From Burkholderiales bacterium (GTDB lineage: Bacteria > Pseudomonadota > Gammaproteobacteria > Burkholderiales > JACQAP01), in NCBI GenBank assembly GCA_035644415.1, contig DASQOP010000280.1, positions 1 to 55,008 on the forward strand: DNA of 55,008 bases, written 5' to 3'. The notes under the pieces are model-generated. The model searched no databases, had not been told where the DNA came from, and saw nothing but the letters and a program-made list of their open reading frames with translations. The position numbers were made by a program, and so were the translations under genes. Below are positions 52,884 to 55,008 of this stretch, piece by piece. Numbering within the stretch: position 1 is the first letter of the stretch; the number at the start of each line of letters is the position of its first letter.

Positions 52884-52978
52884 GGCATGGCTCGGCGCGG
52901 TAGGGTCGGGCTGGGCCTGGCCTGGCAAGGCCGGGCGCGGTGCGGCATGGTTGGGCAGGGCGAGGGTGCCAATGGCAC
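52884..52978 (+). repeat. pentamer-phased G-rich array plus cap (copy C)
   Basis: 19 in-phase pentamers starting the base after the stop codon; palindrome at 52966-52978. Confidence 0.9.
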
Positions 52979-52996
52979 AAATGAAAGGAGGAAGTT

Positions 52997-53491
52997 ATGA
53001 GTCATGGATTTCGCGGCGGCATTCCCTACGCGGTTGACGTGAACCGCCTGAAGGATGCTTTCCCGGTGCCGATGCTCGCCGAAGGGCGAGTCATTGAACA
53101 TGCCGACTTAGAAGAAATCGTGAAGGCGAAGAGGGGCGGGCAGCGCTACTACGGAGTCATCAACTCCTGGATCAATAGCATGAAAAACACCAACGGAATT
53201 TTCATGACCTGGGAGACGTCGGTGGGCGTAAAGGTTCTGGGCCCGGCGGAAATTCTAGCTCACGCTGAGATCAGGACCCGGCAGAAGATCAAGCAGACCG
53301 GCAATGCGGTGAAGACCTTCGTATGGGTCGACCGAACGAGATTGGACAGCACGGGGCAGCAGCGTTTGGATCACCAGGAGCGCGTCGCCAACGCGATCAG
53401 GGATGCGCTGAACACTGCCAGAAAAGATTTGGCGATAGACCTGGCGCCGGTAAAGTCTCTGCCAAAACCGAAAATGATTCGGGAGGCCTGA
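52997..53491 (+). CDS. accessory (cargo) protein of unknown function
   Basis: AGGAGG RBS; ATG 18 nt after the palindrome; 164 aa, lower GC. Confidence 0.7.
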   Translation: MSHGFRGGIPYAVDVNRLKDAFPVPMLAEGRVIEHADLEEIVKAKRGGQRYYGVINSWINSMKNTNGIFMTWETSVGVKVLGPAEILAHAEIRTRQKIKQTGNAVKTFVWVDRTRLDSTGQQRLDHQERVANAIRDALNTARKDLAIDLAPVKSLPKPKMIREA

Positions 53492-53498
53492 AGAAGTT

Positions 53499-53599
53499 TG
53501 GTCCGGTCGGGCTCGGCAAGGCCCGGTGGGGCTAGGCGTGGCGGGGTGCGGCTAGGCAAGGTTGGGTATGGTACGGCGAGGCAAGGGTGCCAATGGCAC
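53499..53599 (+). repeat. pentamer-phased G-rich array plus cap (copy D)
   Basis: 20 in-phase pentamers; palindrome at 53587-53599. Confidence 0.9.
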
Positions 53600-53615
53600 A
53601 CGGGATTGTGATTTC

Positions 53616-53701
53616 GGTACGGCGAGGCGAGGCCTGGCAGGGTGTGGGCATGGTGTGGCGAGGCGAGGCGAGGTATGGCAGGGCGAGGGTGCCAATGGCA
53701 C
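53616..53701 (+). repeat. pentamer-phased G-rich array plus cap (copy E)
   Basis: 6 + 11 pentamers with a single 1-nt phase slip; palindrome at 53689-53701. Confidence 0.9.
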
Positions 53702-53726
53702 ATGAGAATTCATTTCGTAAGGTTTG

Positions 53727-53873
53727 CGGCGAGGGCAGGGCAAGGTCGGGTCAGGCTCGGCTCGGTCAGGCAGGCCAAGGCTGGGTCAGGTCAGGTGGGG
53801 TGGGGCATGGTCGGGCTCGGTCAGGCAAGGCCGGGCAGGGCAGGGTACGGCGAGGCGAGGGTGCCAATGGCAC
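53727..53873 (+). repeat. pentamer-phased G-rich array plus cap (copy F)
   Basis: 28 pentamers in one phase; palindrome at 53861-53873; a 6-7 unit remnant lies at 53906-53940. Confidence 0.9.
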
Positions 53874-53982
53874 GAACGGGATGTTTGCAAGTTCCGGCAA
53901 TGCGCGGCTGGGCTGGGCGCGGCGAGGCACGGCAGGCCAGGAGGAACCAGCGGGTTTCCAATGGGAAATGTCAAAATGAGCC

Positions 53983-54351
53983 ATGCAATCACAAAAGCCT
54001 AGTACAGAACAACAGGAGCGCCCGCAGCTTCCGTGGGGCATGGGCAGCGCCAGGATCAAGGGCCGCGTCTGGTGGATTACGTACCGAGATCCGAAAGGCA
54101 AGATACACCTCGAAAATTCCGGCACCGGGGATCCCGCCGAGGCCCAACGGATCATGGCACAGAAGGCTTTGCCACGAGCGTGGGCAATGGTCGCGGCCTT
54201 GGAGAAGTTAGCCAATGCAGAACCCCAAGGTCCCAACAGTAAGGGTGGTAAGCGGCCACGATCTGGATCTGTCGCGCCGGTCGGCACTGCGGCTGCTGCG
54301 GCTGCTCGAAAGGCTGGCGGCAAAGCGACTCGCAAGGGAGGCAAAGCGTGA
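53983..54351 (+). CDS. small protein with an integrase Arm-type DNA-binding-like domain and a Lys/Ala-rich tail
   Basis: ..KGRVWWITYRDPKGKIHLENSGTGDPAEAQRIMAQK.. resembles the N-terminal arm-binding domain of tyrosine integrases; stop overlaps the recombinase start (GTGA). Confidence 0.55.
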   Translation: MQSQKPSTEQQERPQLPWGMGSARIKGRVWWITYRDPKGKIHLENSGTGDPAEAQRIMAQKALPRAWAMVAALEKLANAEPQGPNSKGGKRPRSGSVAPVGTAAAAAARKAGGKATRKGGKA

Positions 54352-55008
54352 CGCGAAAGACTGATCTCCCTTGGTTCGTCTATATCCGGGTAAGCTCCAA
54401 AGACCAAGGCGACAAGTACGGGCCGTCGAGACAGATCGAGGCCATTCGGAACTGGCTGCAGGTCAATGTGCCCCATGTCCGCGTGCCGGGACTGGATACC
54501 TGCATCGCTGGGCCGCGCGATGTGCGGCAGTGCGAGTATGTTGGATTCGACAAGCAGAGCGGCAAGACCGACGAGCGGCCCGACTTTCAGCGCGGCTGCG
54601 AGTTAGCGAAGGCAGGCAGGATCGGCGGGTTCATTGCCCTCCGGTTGGATCGAGTGGCGCGCAATGCGGGAGACGCCTACCTGCTTCGCTCCAGGATGAA
54701 GCGCATGGGCGTGCGGCTGGAATTCGCCACCCAGACGTTCGACGCCACGCCGACCGGCGACCTGATGTATCAGGTGTACGCGAGTTTCGCGGAGTTAGAA
54801 GGGAAGCTGATTTTGGAGCGCACCGCGGATGGCCGCATGGGCCGTCTGTGCGGCGACAAGTTATTCCACAACCCCAACGCGATGCCTTACGGTTACCTCT
54901 ACGTGGATGAAGCGGTCGCGAAAAAGAATCCGGGCGCGGTCATCGGCAGGGCGATCATCAACGAGCAAGAGGCCAAGATCGTGCGCCTGATCTTCCGCTG
55001 GTACGTGG
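54348..55008 (+). CDS. large serine recombinase, N-terminal catalytic (resolvase) domain (3' end cut by window edge)
   Basis: My translation: VTRKTDLPWFVYIRVSSKDQ...GGFIALRLDRVARN...MYQVYASFAELEGKLILERT..; catalytic Ser motif, RxDR and the E-helix are all present; open to the last base. Confidence 0.9.
   Translation, partial: MTRKTDLPWFVYIRVSSKDQGDKYGPSRQIEAIRNWLQVNVPHVRVPGLDTCIAGPRDVRQCEYVGFDKQSGKTDERPDFQRGCELAKAGRIGGFIALRLDRVARNAGDAYLLRSRMKRMGVRLEFATQTFDATPTGDLMYQVYASFAELEGKLILERTADGRMGRLCGDKLFHNPNAMPYGYLYVDEAVAKKNPGAVIGRAIINEQEAKIVRLIFRWYV

Larger units (their letters stand above)
1..55008. mobile_element. temperate siphovirus-like phage / prophage genome, apparently complete and circularly permuted relative to the window
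   Basis: Contiguous integrase, immunity, recombination, early, packaging, head and tail modules; the two window edges carry complementary halves of a serine recombinase. Confidence 0.85.

Noticed and set aside
52171-53873. The repeated GTGCCAATGGCAC palindromes as a CRISPR array or solitary CRISPR repeats
   Set aside because: Spacing is irregular (795, 621, 102, 172 nt). The intervening DNA consists of genes or further arrays, not spacers. The conserved unit is only ~20 nt, and no cas genes or leader are present.
53587-54211. Track ORFs 53587..53979, 53642..54211, 53724..54002 (+) and 53371..53703, 53766..54476 (-) as protein-coding genes
   Set aside because: They run through the 5-nt-periodic arrays. 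The period leaves every frame open and yields repetitive Gly/Arg/Ala 'proteins' (ARVPMAH repeated wherever the palindrome occurs). There are no RBSs.
1-55008. Direct in-frame circular junction of the two recombinase halves (base 55008 joined to base 1)
   Set aside because: The right half ends with one extra nucleotide and the left half is in frame from base 1, so joining them shifts the frame. About 10 expected residues between RWYV and RLNRKG are also missing, so a short piece must lie outside the window or the halves belong to two copies.

Overview
GC-rich 55-kb window that reads as one essentially complete temperate siphovirus-type phage, either a prophage or a circularly permuted phage contig. 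Nearly everything is on the + strand. The two window edges carry complementary halves of a large serine recombinase (C-terminal half 1..1047, N-terminal half 54348..55008). In order, the window contains: (1) a long block of small early genes (1.5-16.6 kb), including a VRR-NUC nuclease, a winged-helix initiator-like protein with internal iterons, a Rha-HNH fusion, a ParB-like nuclease-domain protein, MerR-type and excisionase-type HTH proteins, a Mom-like DNA-modification enzyme and a DUF3768-like protein; (2) a lambda-type packaging/head module (18.9-26.7 kb): small terminase, GpA-type large terminase, gpW-like protein, portal, S49 protease/scaffold, decoration protein and E-type major capsid; (3) a long-tail module (26.8-46.2 kb): connectors, tube, a G/GT-type chaperone with an A-AAT-TTT slippery site, a 1386-aa tape measure with an SLT domain, a 1360-aa hub/host-specificity fusion and two fibre proteins; (4) an XRE repressor on the - strand facing a strong rightward promoter; (5) a YqaJ-exonuclease/RecT-like recombination module; (6) an accessory region (52.0-54.0 kb) just upstream of the recombinase. 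Only three genes are on the - strand (17117..17638, 29205..29795, 46235..46516). I saw no tRNA, rRNA, CRISPR array, transposase, recognisable endolysin/holin pair, helicase or polymerase. The most unusual content is non-coding. There are six copies of a strictly 5-nt-phased G-rich array, (GGYNN)17-29, each capped by the invariant 20-mer GGCGAGGGTGCCAATGGCAC. All six sit at the boundaries of accessory genes: five at 52.0-53.9 kb and one inverted at 29.9 kb with its own -10 box and terminator. A second, GGGCGGCT-type iteron field lies between convergent terminators at 16.87-17.11 kb, next to a histone-H1-like/AbrB-like gene. All family assignments are from reading the translations by eye; no database search was run.
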